A DNA stretch of 64,000 bases from Vampirovibrionales bacterium (GCA_029262635.1 JAJCZA010000029.1:29938-93937); one strand, 5' to 3'. Shown: positions 48,226 through 58,346, numbered from the stretch's first letter. A program made the numbers and translations. The notes: generated by a model from the sequence alone, not told the origin.

Positions 48226-48714
48226 TATTTTTCTTTAAAAGAGCTTACAACAATAATTTCTCTCTTGACATTTTACGAACACAGGCTAGCCCCAAGCAAG
48301 GGTCTTTTCAGAAAAGGTCTATGAAGCTTATAATCAGGATTTTAAGAAAAAATGGGGTCTGGCGACTGGGGTTACAGTTTGTCTGACAGTCGATAAAAAA
48401 AGTATTTTTGTAATATTACGACATTTTGTAACGTTTTATAATAGCTGAGGCGAAAACTCTACATCTGTAATGGGAAGGAATTTTGAGGTTTTCAAATGAG
48501 GTGGGATTTTGTCAAAAATAGAGGACACCTTTTTTTTCTGTTCGTCAAAAGCTATAATATGAATAAGCAGTGGAATAGTTAATATATAATATAAAGTATT
48601 ATCTGTTTAAGGTGACATCAACCCTCCCCTCTTTTGCGTAAATAGTGCTTGAAAAGGGCAAAGCTTCGGTTGATTCCTCCTTGATTTAAAAAGACAAAGG
48701 AATTTTGACCCCTT

Positions 48715-48951
48715 ATGTATCGTGACGGAGCCATCCATATTGAAGAAGATGACCAGTGTTTTTCCTGTAAACACTATCTTAAAGGGGTGTCCTGCCCTTT
48801 ACTGGAAGCTCTGGCTATGGAAGTGGTCGAACTTCAGAGTGATATTACGGTTCGAAACTGTGGGTTTTACGAGAAGTTTGAACGAAAGTTACGCCTGCTG
48901 GATCCCCTTGAGATGAGTCAACAGGAACCGGATCAAACAGAACTGGCCTAG
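48715..48951 (+). CDS. Possible small Cys-rich protein (78 aa)
   Basis: CFSC...C...C pattern. It overlaps the 3' end of the HD-GYP gene convergently by 4 nt. Confidence 0.3.
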   Translation: MYRDGAIHIEEDDQCFSCKHYLKGVSCPLLEALAMEVVELQSDITVRNCGFYEKFERKLRLLDPLEMSQQEPDQTELA

Positions 48952-51653
48952 GAGAGATCGTCGAGTTCGCCGCGGTGGTAGATTTCCCTGAACTGGCGCA
49001 TCAGATCCACTTCACCTTTGGTTAACTTACTTTTTAAGGTTATGCCATAGTACTCTTCAATGGTAATTGAGGGATCAAATTGTTCAATAATGGTTATCCC
49101 TGCCGAAGATAAAATAACTCGCTTTTCCACCATGAGGATTTTACCAACCTCAATCAGCGGCGTATCAAAAAATGCCCCTACACAGTCTGGATCAAAATGG
49201 GTGCCCGAATCCTTGCGTAGAATCTTTAGCACCCGATCAAAGGGCATTCGGTCCCGATAGTGTCGTCGAGAGGTAATGGCGTCAAAAACATCGCTGAGAG
49301 CAATAACTCGACCCAACAGAGGGATTTCTGGACCTTTTAGTTGTTTGGGGTAACCGGTACCATTCATTTTTTCATGGTGTGAGGCCGCAATTTCGGGCAC
49401 ACGTCTTAAATGTTTTTCAAAACGGATGTTAGATAGGATATCGTAGGTGTTTTGAGCGTGTTCTTGAATCTTTCGGTATTCCAGATCTGTTAATCGTCCG
49501 TCTTTTGTCAGAATATTTTCGGGAACCCCAATTTTTCCAATATCATGAAGCAGGGCAGAATAATTTAGGGTTTCTAATTCCTCTTCCTGCAGGTGCATTT
49601 GTTTGCCAACTACTTTAGAGTATTGGGCCACTCGTTCCGAATGCCCTGCTGTGATCGGATCCCGAGAGTCGATCGTACTTGAAAGGGCTTTAACAAAACT
49701 TGAAAAGGCCACCCGTTGCTCTTCAACCAGTTGAGCGTTTTCAATCGCAACGCCGGCTTGTGAGGCAATGGCCATTAGCAAATCTTCGTCGACCCGCTCG
49801 AAATGGCCCTTTGTCTTGTTTAATACCTGAAAAACCCCGATAATTTCGTTGTGCCGGTTTCTCATGGGCATACATAAAAGGTTATCTGTCTTGTAGCCTG
49901 TTTTTTTATCGACGTCTTTATTAAATCTCGGATCGTCATAAGCGTCTGTAATATTTAGAATTTCGCCTGTTTTACAGACATACCCTGCCAGACCCAAGTG
50001 GGCTGGAAAACGAATTTCATGGCTTTCTTCTAGTCCGGTTCCAACCTTGGACCAAAGCTCGTTCTGCTCCCGATCATAAAGGAATACCGTACAGCGATCA
50101 CAAGTTAAGGCCAGGCGCGTTTCATCCATGATAAGTTTCAATAGTTTTTCGATGTCTCGCTCGGCAAACATAGCCTGGCCGACTCGGAGTAGAGAAACGA
50201 CGGATTTTGCTTGTGAGCTGATGTTTTTCGGAGGTTCTTCCGTCTTAAGGGTTATTTCGTTCGGGTCAGTAGTGGAGGTTTCCGGGCTGTCTGAACTGAC
50301 TTCACTTAGAGCATTTAAAGCTTCTAGTAGACCGCGTTCGTTCTGGAAAATTTTTTCATGATTGGCACGTTTGTCCACAATCGATTGCCACTGTTCGGTA
50401 TCGGTTCGATAGAGTTCATCTTCAATATAACTGGCCAAAAAGCGAAGCCCGTTCTGTTCCGCTACTTTTAAGGCTTCCATCAGGCTTTCTAATGCCAACT
50501 TTTTGTCGTTCATTTCCATAAAGACTTTGCCAAATTCAAAGTAGGTTTTGGCCTGTTCATCCACTAGATTGAGCTGTTTAAAAATAGCCAAGGCTTCGCC
50601 CATGGTTTCCAGTGCTTTTTGAGTGTCGCCGAACTCCGCTTGCAAACGGGCTAATAATCGATAGGACTTACCGAGCCCCTTTTTTGCCTGCTTTTTCTTA
50701 AAAATAGGAATGACCTGTTCGGTAAGAAGAGCATGAGACTCATTAAATTCTCGGTCAATAAAATGGATGAATGCTTTAAAAAGCAGGGTCACTCCAAATT
50801 CTTTGCTTATTTTTTTCTGGTCGTGATGCTCTTCGGCAAGTCCTTGAATCAGTCGTTTGGCTTCGGTTAACTCACCTTGATGAATGGCTAGCTTGATCAG
50901 TTCATTTTTCAGGCTAGTCACTCGCTTAGAGTCTCCCAACGATTCAGATAGGGTGAGAGAACGGTTTAAGCAACCGTAGGCATGAATGTAATCCTCTTTA
51001 ATGAGATGAAGCCGTCCTAAAATCTGAGCCGTAACCGCTTCTTCCCAAGGAAGATCCAGTTGTTCTTTGATTCGGACGGAGGATTCTAGGCATTTGACGG
51101 CCAGATGAAAATCACCGGTTCGTTCGTAATGGATGCCCAAGGAGTCGTTTATTTTTGCCGCTTCCAGCCCATCCTGCCAGCAAAAAGTTTTTGCCTGACG
51201 AAAGAAGCGAACCCCTTCTCCGTATTGGCCACTTCGATACTTAACCAGTCCTTTGTAGTGTAATAATCTTGCCCGAACCTCATTGATTCCTTTTGCACCC
51301 ATGTGGATGTCTACCATTTCTTGTGCTTCGGCAAAGGTCCGGCTGGCTCGGGAGGTTCCTTCATCAGAATTTTCATTGTATTTTAGCCACGCCAATTCAA
51401 TTAAGCAACGAATACTCCCCAGAAAGTTCCGTTGGTTCTGGTAAACGGTCTGTGCTTTCTCCAGACAGGTAATGGCGCCATCGTAGTCTTTTTTAAAATT
51501 TAAAAGCAGGCCCTTGTCGTACAGTGCGTCAGGGTCTTGGGTTAGATCCGTCTGATCTTCAACGTCTTTCCTTGGAACGACTCCGCCAATGGAGTCATAA
51601 CGTTTCTCGTCGTCGTAGGGATCAACATGTAGTTCGTTTGACATTTTAGCCAT
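48948..51653 (-). CDS. TPR-GAF-HD-GYP multidomain protein (c-di-GMP phosphodiesterase family)
   Basis: N-terminal TPR repeats, a central GAF domain, and C-terminal HD-GYP (HDIGKIGVPENIL ... HHEKMNGTGYPKQL). Confidence 0.85.
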   Translation of the reverse strand: MAKMSNELHVDPYDDEKRYDSIGGVVPRKDVEDQTDLTQDPDALYDKGLLLNFKKDYDGAITCLEKAQTVYQNQRNFLGSIRCLIELAWLKYNENSDEGTSRASRTFAEAQEMVDIHMGAKGINEVRARLLHYKGLVKYRSGQYGEGVRFFRQAKTFCWQDGLEAAKINDSLGIHYERTGDFHLAVKCLESSVRIKEQLDLPWEEAVTAQILGRLHLIKEDYIHAYGCLNRSLTLSESLGDSKRVTSLKNELIKLAIHQGELTEAKRLIQGLAEEHHDQKKISKEFGVTLLFKAFIHFIDREFNESHALLTEQVIPIFKKKQAKKGLGKSYRLLARLQAEFGDTQKALETMGEALAIFKQLNLVDEQAKTYFEFGKVFMEMNDKKLALESLMEALKVAEQNGLRFLASYIEDELYRTDTEQWQSIVDKRANHEKIFQNERGLLEALNALSEVSSDSPETSTTDPNEITLKTEEPPKNISSQAKSVVSLLRVGQAMFAERDIEKLLKLIMDETRLALTCDRCTVFLYDREQNELWSKVGTGLEESHEIRFPAHLGLAGYVCKTGEILNITDAYDDPRFNKDVDKKTGYKTDNLLCMPMRNRHNEIIGVFQVLNKTKGHFERVDEDLLMAIASQAGVAIENAQLVEEQRVAFSSFVKALSSTIDSRDPITAGHSERVAQYSKVVGKQMHLQEEELETLNYSALLHDIGKIGVPENILTKDGRLTDLEYRKIQEHAQNTYDILSNIRFEKHLRRVPEIAASHHEKMNGTGYPKQLKGPEIPLLGRVIALSDVFDAITSRRHYRDRMPFDRVLKILRKDSGTHFDPDCVGAFFDTPLIEVGKILMVEKRVILSSAGITIIEQFDPSITIEEYYGITLKSKLTKGEVDLMRQFREIYHRGELDDLS

Positions 51654-52047
51654 TAAATTTTTAATTTACCACGACTGTTTAAATAAAAAATACTTACTCA
51701 ATACTATAACGGTGATGACTCTCTATGCACGTCCCTTATTTGTAGGAACCGGGCAGGGTATTGATGCTATCGAGGTTATCGGACAGTTTTTTAAAAAATT
51801 GAATCAATATTTGTGGATGCGTGTGTCTGCCATCAGCTAGTAAGATGGGAATTATCAAGGCTGAGCGGTTTTTAAACTCCTCTAGACAGAGTAGGGTGTA
51901 AAATAATACTGATTCATCAATATAATCCCGCTTTATTTCATTTGAGTGAACCAGCCAATGTTTTGCCTTCTTATGATATTGCGTATAAAATAAGTTTTAA
52001 TCCTCTATATTTCTTGTCTATCAATACGAAATGAGCAAACAGGCTGT

Positions 52048-53175
52048 ATGGGCACCATCACCAAAGCACCTCCTGACATTTATTACACCGAAGACGTAAA
52101 AGAAGCACTTCATCAGGCCCGCTATTTGTCCAAGAAACGGAAGGATTTTAAGCCAGATGAAATGATTTTAGATCGAGAGTGTCTGGCAGGCTTACTTCAA
52201 TCCAACCGAGTGTTTTCCCGTTTGGACTGTCTTCTCAACGCTATGGACGTTAAGCCCAAGGCACTGCAGAAAAAGCTGGAAGAATGCCTAACTGCTTCAG
52301 AATACTCGATTGATAAGGGGTTCCCAGAGCGCTCTCTTATCAAGCGAGCTGAACAGCTTGTTTTAGAAGAGAATGCAGAGAGTACGGCGGCCAGCCAACG
52401 ACTTAATGTGGAGCATCTGCTTTACGCACTCTGTCAGTCAGAGGATTCGGTGGTTCAAACCGTTTTCGATAATTTTAGTCTGACGGCTAATACCATCACC
52501 CAGGCACGAGAAAGCTTACTCAAAAAGGCAGATCACCTGCCCTTTTCAAGGTTGACTCTGCTCAGCGGGCTTTACCTCTTGCGAGAGACTGTTGAAATTG
52601 TGTTTACTGTCATTGTTTTTCTTATTATTATTAAAGAAGGCTTTGGCGAGCTTCGGCTAATTCCATCTGAGTCCATGCTTCCCGGCTTACAGATTGGTGA
52701 TCGATTGGTAGTTGAGAAGGTTACCCGTTGGTGGCGACCTTATCAGCGAGAGGATATTCTTGTTTTTTATCCGCCTCCTCCCCGATCGGTGCTTCATAAG
52801 GACCCCTTTAGCCTTTTTATGCGGGCGACAGGATTTTCTAGCCTTCTGCATAACACTTCCGATGATCCGGTTGATAAAGCCTATATCAAGCGAGTGATCG
52901 GCTTGCCGGGTGAAACCGTTGAAGTGGTTCCCGGTGTGGGCGTGTATGTTAATGGCCTGCTTCTTGATGAAGATGACTATACATTGGAAACAGGTTATAA
53001 ATGCGGCATGTTTTGCCAACCGACTAAAATTCCAGAGGGCTACTACCTGATGATGGGAGATAACCGAAACAACAGTGAAGATGGCCGGTTCTTCGGGTTT
53101 GAACCCAAAGAACGCGTTGTAGGGCGGGCGTTTCTACGAATTTTGCCCGTTCAGCGCATCGGTCTTCTGGATTAA
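52048..53175 (+). CDS. lepB: Signal peptidase I with about 170-aa N-terminal double Clp_N-like domain
   Basis: SPase boxes PSESMLPGL, YIKRVIGLPGETVEV and GDNRNNSEDGRFFG. The N-terminal region has two Clp_N-like repeats (...LNVEHLLYALCQSEDSVVQTVFDNFSLTANTI...) before the single TM. Confidence 0.85.
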   Translation: MGTITKAPPDIYYTEDVKEALHQARYLSKKRKDFKPDEMILDRECLAGLLQSNRVFSRLDCLLNAMDVKPKALQKKLEECLTASEYSIDKGFPERSLIKRAEQLVLEENAESTAASQRLNVEHLLYALCQSEDSVVQTVFDNFSLTANTITQARESLLKKADHLPFSRLTLLSGLYLLRETVEIVFTVIVFLIIIKEGFGELRLIPSESMLPGLQIGDRLVVEKVTRWWRPYQREDILVFYPPPPRSVLHKDPFSLFMRATGFSSLLHNTSDDPVDKAYIKRVIGLPGETVEVVPGVGVYVNGLLLDEDDYTLETGYKCGMFCQPTKIPEGYYLMMGDNRNNSEDGRFFGFEPKERVVGRAFLRILPVQRIGLLD

Positions 53176-53342
53176 AGAAATTTACCTTTTCATCCCGAAA
53201 AAAACAGTTTCCTCTGCCAAGTGGAAATACCCGCTAACCCCCTTTTTAATAAAGGTGATAATGGCGTATAATATCAGGGAGTGAATTTGTATTTAGTTTT
53301 CTCCAATGGAATTAACTGATTGAAAAAGGAAGTAGCCAAAGA

Positions 53343-53858
53343 TTGTCGCCGCTGATTGAGCTCTACGTGATGGGGATTGCACTGGATTCCAGAACGGGTA
53401 CACCCATTGTTGTTCTAAATGACAAGGAAAACCGTCGTGCCCTGCCGATTTGGATTGGCACGGCTGAGGCGAGCGCTATTATTCGGCAGTTAGAGCAAAT
53501 TAAAACCGCTCGCCCCATGACTCATGACTTAATTGACAGTATTCTAAATCATACGGGCTACGGGTTAACCCGGATTGAAATTAACGATCTGACATCGGAC
53601 ACGTATTATGCCAGCTTATACCTTAAGGATAAAGACGGTCAGGAGCATGTGATAGATGCCCGTCCTTCGGATGCCATTGCTTTAGCCTTGCGTAATAATG
53701 CGCAGATTTTCGCCACGGCCAATGTGGTTTCGGAAGGGACGATTTCGACGGATCAGGTGCGAGACGAAGAAGAGACCCAAGCCTTTAAAGAGTTTATCAA
53801 AGAGCTAAAACCTTCGGATTTCCATAAATTTCGCATTGACGACGAATCCGAGCAATAA
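53343..53858 (+). CDS. Bifunctional nuclease family protein (DUF151/BFN)
   Basis: LIELYVMGIALDSRTGTPIVVLNDKENRRALPIWIGTAEASAI is a typical DUF151 N-terminus. TTG start with an AAAAAGGAAG RBS. Confidence 0.7.
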   Translation: MSPLIELYVMGIALDSRTGTPIVVLNDKENRRALPIWIGTAEASAIIRQLEQIKTARPMTHDLIDSILNHTGYGLTRIEINDLTSDTYYASLYLKDKDGQEHVIDARPSDAIALALRNNAQIFATANVVSEGTISTDQVRDEEETQAFKEFIKELKPSDFHKFRIDDESEQ

Positions 53859-53927
53859 TTGATCTTTAGAAGGTTTGTTGAGTTATTGAATAACCCTATA
53901 CATGAGGGTTGAAATAACAGAGTCCCG

Positions 53928-55031
53928 ATGATGAATCTTTCCTTGCACAATGGCTTTTTACCCATTTTAAATCCATCGCATAAACGTGATGAGATTTATT
54001 TTGGTCAAAAAAAAAACCGAAGAACTTCGAATAAAAAGAACCAAACGAAAAACCTTGTTCCGAGTCCGCCCCTTGTCTCCCCTCTTCAACAACAGCCCAT
54101 TAAACACTTTTTGATGAAAGATAAAATAAAAAAGGGAAAATTGCGTTTGTTTTTAGATGATAAAGGAGGAGTGCTTTTAGTTTTAGCAGGAGAAGCGGCT
54201 TTAATACAATGGTTGACTGCCAGTAACGGGTTACTTCTCTCTTTGCTGTCTTCTAATGTTATGCTCTTCGCTTCACTTTTATTAGTCCCTTGGATCTTAA
54301 CGTTGGGACTCATATTTGGTCCAGAGGTTGCTGCCGTAAAATTTAATCCGGGTTTAATTCAATCCAAAAACCCATGGCCTAAAAACACAAAAGTACTCGC
54401 CTCCTCCAGTCAATTTGTTCTTAGTTATGGGAACCGCTATAGTCAAGCTTTAATGAGCGCTATAAAAAGCTCAAATTCACTCGATGAGGCTCAAAATCAA
54501 CTGGTGAATCAAGGGTACTCCTCTAAGCTCAATTTAAAACAAAAAGCGATTTCCCGGCCCGAATCTTTAGGTGGCTGGAAGAAAAATGATTCAACCCCAA
54601 TTAATCGTTTGTTACTAGGAATGTATGACCAAAGTGAGCTGGGGTTTAAGCAAACTATAGACATCATGAAAGAAACATTGACCCGCGAATTTAAGGTGGA
54701 TAAAACGGTTTCTACTGGTGAGGATTATAAGACCATTCAGGCGGAGCTTGAAGAATTTGAACGGCAAATCAAAAGAAATCGGGCTGAGGGAAAAAAGTCG
54801 GAAGTGATTTTGTATTATTCGGGCCATGGAGGTGCAGAATCATTGATAGGCTACGATACTAAGGTGAGCGACGATACTAAATTAGATTTATTTAAAGCGG
54901 AAGGTGATGCCGAGTTTTGGTTTTCAAACATGTCTGAAACCGCTTTTAGGGCATTGGTTCGCCGACATTTGGGCGAAGCCGATGCTGTTTATATTATCCT
55001 GGACGCCTGCGCCTCGGGTGCCGCTGTTTAG
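53928..55031 (+). CDS. Membrane protein with C-terminal caspase-like His/Cys dyad (YYSGHGG ... IILDACASG), p20-only
   Basis: Lys-rich N-terminus and two TM segments. In the C-terminal about 110 aa, His (SGHG) and Cys (DACxSG) are spaced about 55 aa apart, as in the caspase/metacaspase fold. The ORF stops 6 aa after the Cys. Confidence 0.45.
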   Translation: MMNLSLHNGFLPILNPSHKRDEIYFGQKKNRRTSNKKNQTKNLVPSPPLVSPLQQQPIKHFLMKDKIKKGKLRLFLDDKGGVLLVLAGEAALIQWLTASNGLLLSLLSSNVMLFASLLLVPWILTLGLIFGPEVAAVKFNPGLIQSKNPWPKNTKVLASSSQFVLSYGNRYSQALMSAIKSSNSLDEAQNQLVNQGYSSKLNLKQKAISRPESLGGWKKNDSTPINRLLLGMYDQSELGFKQTIDIMKETLTREFKVDKTVSTGEDYKTIQAELEEFERQIKRNRAEGKKSEVILYYSGHGGAESLIGYDTKVSDDTKLDLFKAEGDAEFWFSNMSETAFRALVRRHLGEADAVYIILDACASGAAV

Positions 55032-55081
55032 CCGCTAGTACATTTAGGGTTGGATTCGTAAATACTATCATTTTTCGGGGC

Positions 55082-55101
55082 ATTCCCGCGAAGGCGGGAA
55101 T
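55082..55101. other. GC-rich perfect hairpin ATTCCCGC-gaag-GCGGGAAT
   Basis: Read directly. It lies 50 nt after the 53928 ORF stop. No adjacent U-run in either orientation. Confidence 0.4.
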
Positions 55102-55198
55102 CCAGACCAGCACATCTGACTTTTATTCGGGGTCAGGGTTATGGGATAATAAGCCCGCTTTGATAAAGAAATAATGCGAGAGAGAGTAAACCGGATTC

Positions 55199-56605
55199 AT
55201 GGCGGAACAGAAAAGTTTATTTGAACAATTTACAGCCCGAGCCCGGGAAAAACATGCGGCAAGTCTGAACGAGCTGAGTGGTGGAGAGAGCGGTTTGTCC
55301 GAAATAGATCCCTCAGATGAATCAGAACAGGAAACATTAGAATCCACGGAAACAAAAGCTTTGGAGAGAGAGTATTACTCCGTGGGCGAAGTGACCCAGC
55401 ACTTGAAAGACGTGCTGGCCGACGATCCGGTTTTAGGCGGCACCGTTGTTATCCGGGGAGAGCTTTCCAACGTCAGCCGGTCGGCTCGGGGTCATGTGTA
55501 TTTTAGCCTGAAAGACGATGAAGCCAGCATGAAAGGCGTTATTTGGGCGGGTGTAGCGAACAAGTTGAGCTTTGATATGGAAGACGGGCTAGAGGTTTTT
55601 GTGACAGGCTCTATCGATGTTTATGCACCCTACGGTACGTATTCCATTGTGACGAAATCCATTGAGCCGGTTGGGATTGGCGCTATCCAGCTTGCGTATT
55701 TGCAAATCAAGGAAAAATTAGAGAAAGAAGGTCTCTTCAATCTGGAACATAAGCAAGATATTCCGGAATTTCCTCGTCGTATTGGGATTGTCACCTCGGC
55801 CACCGGTGCCGTGATTCACGACATGCTTCGGGTCCTTCGGCGGAAAAACCCCATGGTGGATGTGCTCCTCAGTCCGGTTATTGTTCAGGGCGAAGGAGCG
55901 GCTCAGAGTATTGCCAAGGCCATTGAGGAGCTAAACCACCCGGAGTACAATCTGGATCTACTCATTGTGGGCCGAGGCGGCGGCTCGCTGGAAGATTTAT
56001 TTTGCTTTAGCGAGGAAGTGTCTGTCCGGGCGGTGTTTGATTCCCGGCTACCTGTTGTTACGGGTATTGGCCATGAACCGGATTTTGCCCTATGCGATGC
56101 GGCAGCGGATCACTCGGCTTCAACCCCGACCGCCGCCGCCGAGTACGCTGTTCCTGACTATGAAAAGCTTATTGACGAATTTTACCGACAGCGGGAAGAT
56201 TTACTGGAGGGCATGCAAGATTGGCTGTTGTTCTTCGAACAAACGCTCGATCAACAGGCGACCCAACTGGTGGATCGGTTCCAACGTACTCTGGAACAGG
56301 CTGAAAGCCAGCTTAGCGAACGCCGGGAGCGTCTGTTGTCCGGTATCGAAAAACATCTCCACACCCACGAGCAAAATACGGTTAGGCAAGCAGGAGAACT
56401 GAACGCCTTTAGTCCACTGGAAACTCTGGCGCGAGGGTATGCTGTTGCTTCGGATACGACCGGCAAAATCATTTGTTCCATCAAGGGTGCTACGCTTGGT
56501 GAGGTGTTACGTGTCCAAGTAACGGATGGTGTGATTGAGACCCGTATCGAACAGATTACGAAAAAACAAAAGAAGGAGCCTGATGATGGCGAATACAGAA
56601 GCTGA
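55199..56605 (+). CDS. xseA: Exodeoxyribonuclease VII large subunit (with about 55-aa acidic N-terminal extension)
   Basis: OB fold (GGTVVIRGELSNVSRSARGHVYFSLKD) and the ExoVII_L core (GIVTSATGAVIHDMLRVLRRKNP...). Confidence 0.9.
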   Translation: MAEQKSLFEQFTARAREKHAASLNELSGGESGLSEIDPSDESEQETLESTETKALEREYYSVGEVTQHLKDVLADDPVLGGTVVIRGELSNVSRSARGHVYFSLKDDEASMKGVIWAGVANKLSFDMEDGLEVFVTGSIDVYAPYGTYSIVTKSIEPVGIGAIQLAYLQIKEKLEKEGLFNLEHKQDIPEFPRRIGIVTSATGAVIHDMLRVLRRKNPMVDVLLSPVIVQGEGAAQSIAKAIEELNHPEYNLDLLIVGRGGGSLEDLFCFSEEVSVRAVFDSRLPVVTGIGHEPDFALCDAAADHSASTPTAAAEYAVPDYEKLIDEFYRQREDLLEGMQDWLLFFEQTLDQQATQLVDRFQRTLEQAESQLSERRERLLSGIEKHLHTHEQNTVRQAGELNAFSPLETLARGYAVASDTTGKIICSIKGATLGEVLRVQVTDGVIETRIEQITKKQKKEPDDGEYRS

Positions 56606-56828
56606 AACCCCCAAATTTTCCGAAGCCTCTAAAGCGTTGGATGAAATTCTAGAGAAATTTAAATCTGGGAATCTTTCATTGGAAGAATCGATTCAACTGT
56701 TCGAAACTGGTGTCAGTCAATTAAAAATCTGCCAAACTGGCCTGACCCAATCTCGGGGTAAGGTGGAGGTGCTAATCAAATCCCTCCAGAAAGACGGCGA
56801 AATTGTTACCGAACCGTTTGAGGCATAA
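56583..56828 (+). CDS. xseB: Exodeoxyribonuclease VII small subunit
   Basis: FSEASKALDEILEKFKSGNLSLEESIQLFETGVSQLKICQ. AAGGAG precedes the ATG ATG at 56583. Gives an 81-aa product. Confidence 0.85.
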   Translation: MMANTEAETPKFSEASKALDEILEKFKSGNLSLEESIQLFETGVSQLKICQTGLTQSRGKVEVLIKSLQKDGEIVTEPFEA

Positions 56829-56852
56829 GCGAAATCGAGGATAATTAGACTC

Positions 56853-58334
56853 ATGCGTTATATTTTGGTTTTTGATCACGGTACAACGGGCATTAAAGCT
56901 GTTTTATTGGATAAACAAGGGCAAATAAAGGCCCGAGGCTATACCCAATTCGAACAGATTTATCCCCAGCCCGGTTGGGTTGAGCATGATGCCAATACGT
57001 TGTGGGAAAAATCGCTTCCGGTTGCCGAAGAGGCGCTTAAAGAAGCCGGTGCCAGTTGGCAGGATGTTCAGGCCATTGGCATTACCAATCAACGGGAAAC
57101 TACTATCCTGTGGGACGCTCAATCGGGTCGGCCGGTGCATAATGCTATTGTCTGGCAATGTCGTAGGACCAGTGACTTCACGGACCGCCTTCGGACCGAA
57201 GGGAAAGAGGCTCTTATCCGGGGAAAAACGGGACTGGTCACGGATCCCTATTTTTCCGGTAGCAAAGTCCGCTGGCTGTTAAAAAACGTCCCGGAAGCCC
57301 AGCCTCTGTTGGAGGCAGGTCGGTTGAAATTTGGTACTGTGGATAGCTGGATCATCTGGAATCTAAGCGGGCGAGCCCTTCACGTTACCGACACCTCTAA
57401 TGCCTCTCGAACTCTGCTCTATAATATCCATACTCGTCAATGGGATGAGGAACTGTTGTCCTTATTCGATGTATCCCAATCTATCCTGCCCGAAGTTAAG
57501 CCGTCTAACGTAATTTACGGAATGACGGATCCTGTGCTTACGGGTGGGTGCTCTATTCCCATTGCCGGGGTTATTGGCGATCAGCAGGCCGCCCTGTACG
57601 GGCAAAAATGCTGGGAGGCGGGCACGGCCAAAAGCACTTACGGGACCGGGGCTTTTATTGTGATGAATCTGGGTGAAACGCCAACTACTTCTGCTAAAGG
57701 GCTTTTAACCACGCTTGCTTGTGACACTTCCGGTGAGCCCTCCTATGCGATGGAAGGAGCTATTTTTATGGCTGGAGCCACCATCGAGTGGTTGATTAAA
57801 AGTCTTGGATTAATAGACTCTCCCCAACAGGCCAATGAACTGGCTTTAAGTATTTCCAGTAGTGAGGGTGTCTATTTGGTTCCGGCTTTTGTTGGGCTGG
57901 CGGCTCCTTATTGGCAAGCCGATGCACGAGGAATGATTTTTGGGTTAACTCAAGGCAGTAGTAAAGCCCACATTGCCCGAGCCGCTTATGAGGCAATGGC
58001 TTACCAGACAAGAGAAGTGATTGATATCATGCAGAAAGACGCCAATCTTCAGCTCAGTTCGCTTCGGGTGGATGGTGGGGTGACTCGAAGTGATTGTCTG
58101 ATGCAGTGTTTGGCGGATCAACTGGGGATTCCGGTTCTGCGCACGGATGATGCCGATATTACGGCTAAAGGGACGGGTTATTTGGCAGGATTGGCGACAG
58201 GGTTTTGGGCATCGCCGGAGGAGATCCTTTCTTTGCCTGACAAAACCGAAAAGTTTCATCCCCGACTCTCTGAGAGGGAAAGAGAGCAAAATTATCAAGA
58301 CTGGCTTAATGCGGTCAAACGGGTTTTGATTTAA
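56853..58334 (+). CDS. glpK: Glycerol kinase
   Basis: MRYILVFDHGTTGIKAVLLD, GITNQRETTILWD and the FGGY C-terminal domain. Confidence 0.92.
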   Translation: MRYILVFDHGTTGIKAVLLDKQGQIKARGYTQFEQIYPQPGWVEHDANTLWEKSLPVAEEALKEAGASWQDVQAIGITNQRETTILWDAQSGRPVHNAIVWQCRRTSDFTDRLRTEGKEALIRGKTGLVTDPYFSGSKVRWLLKNVPEAQPLLEAGRLKFGTVDSWIIWNLSGRALHVTDTSNASRTLLYNIHTRQWDEELLSLFDVSQSILPEVKPSNVIYGMTDPVLTGGCSIPIAGVIGDQQAALYGQKCWEAGTAKSTYGTGAFIVMNLGETPTTSAKGLLTTLACDTSGEPSYAMEGAIFMAGATIEWLIKSLGLIDSPQQANELALSISSSEGVYLVPAFVGLAAPYWQADARGMIFGLTQGSSKAHIARAAYEAMAYQTREVIDIMQKDANLQLSSLRVDGGVTRSDCLMQCLADQLGIPVLRTDDADITAKGTGYLAGLATGFWASPEEILSLPDKTEKFHPRLSEREREQNYQDWLNAVKRVLI

Positions 58335-58346
58335 AAAGTGGCTGGA

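Noticed and set aside
55032-55198. Continuation of the caspase-like protein in another frame (frameshifted p10 region)
   Set aside because: Translated all three forward frames downstream of the stop. None gives a caspase-like continuation, and every frame hits a stop within about 50 codons.
55123-55347. 74-aa minus-strand ORF overlapping the 5' end of xseA
   Set aside because: Shadow ORF of the xseA leader; Ser-rich, low-complexity translation.
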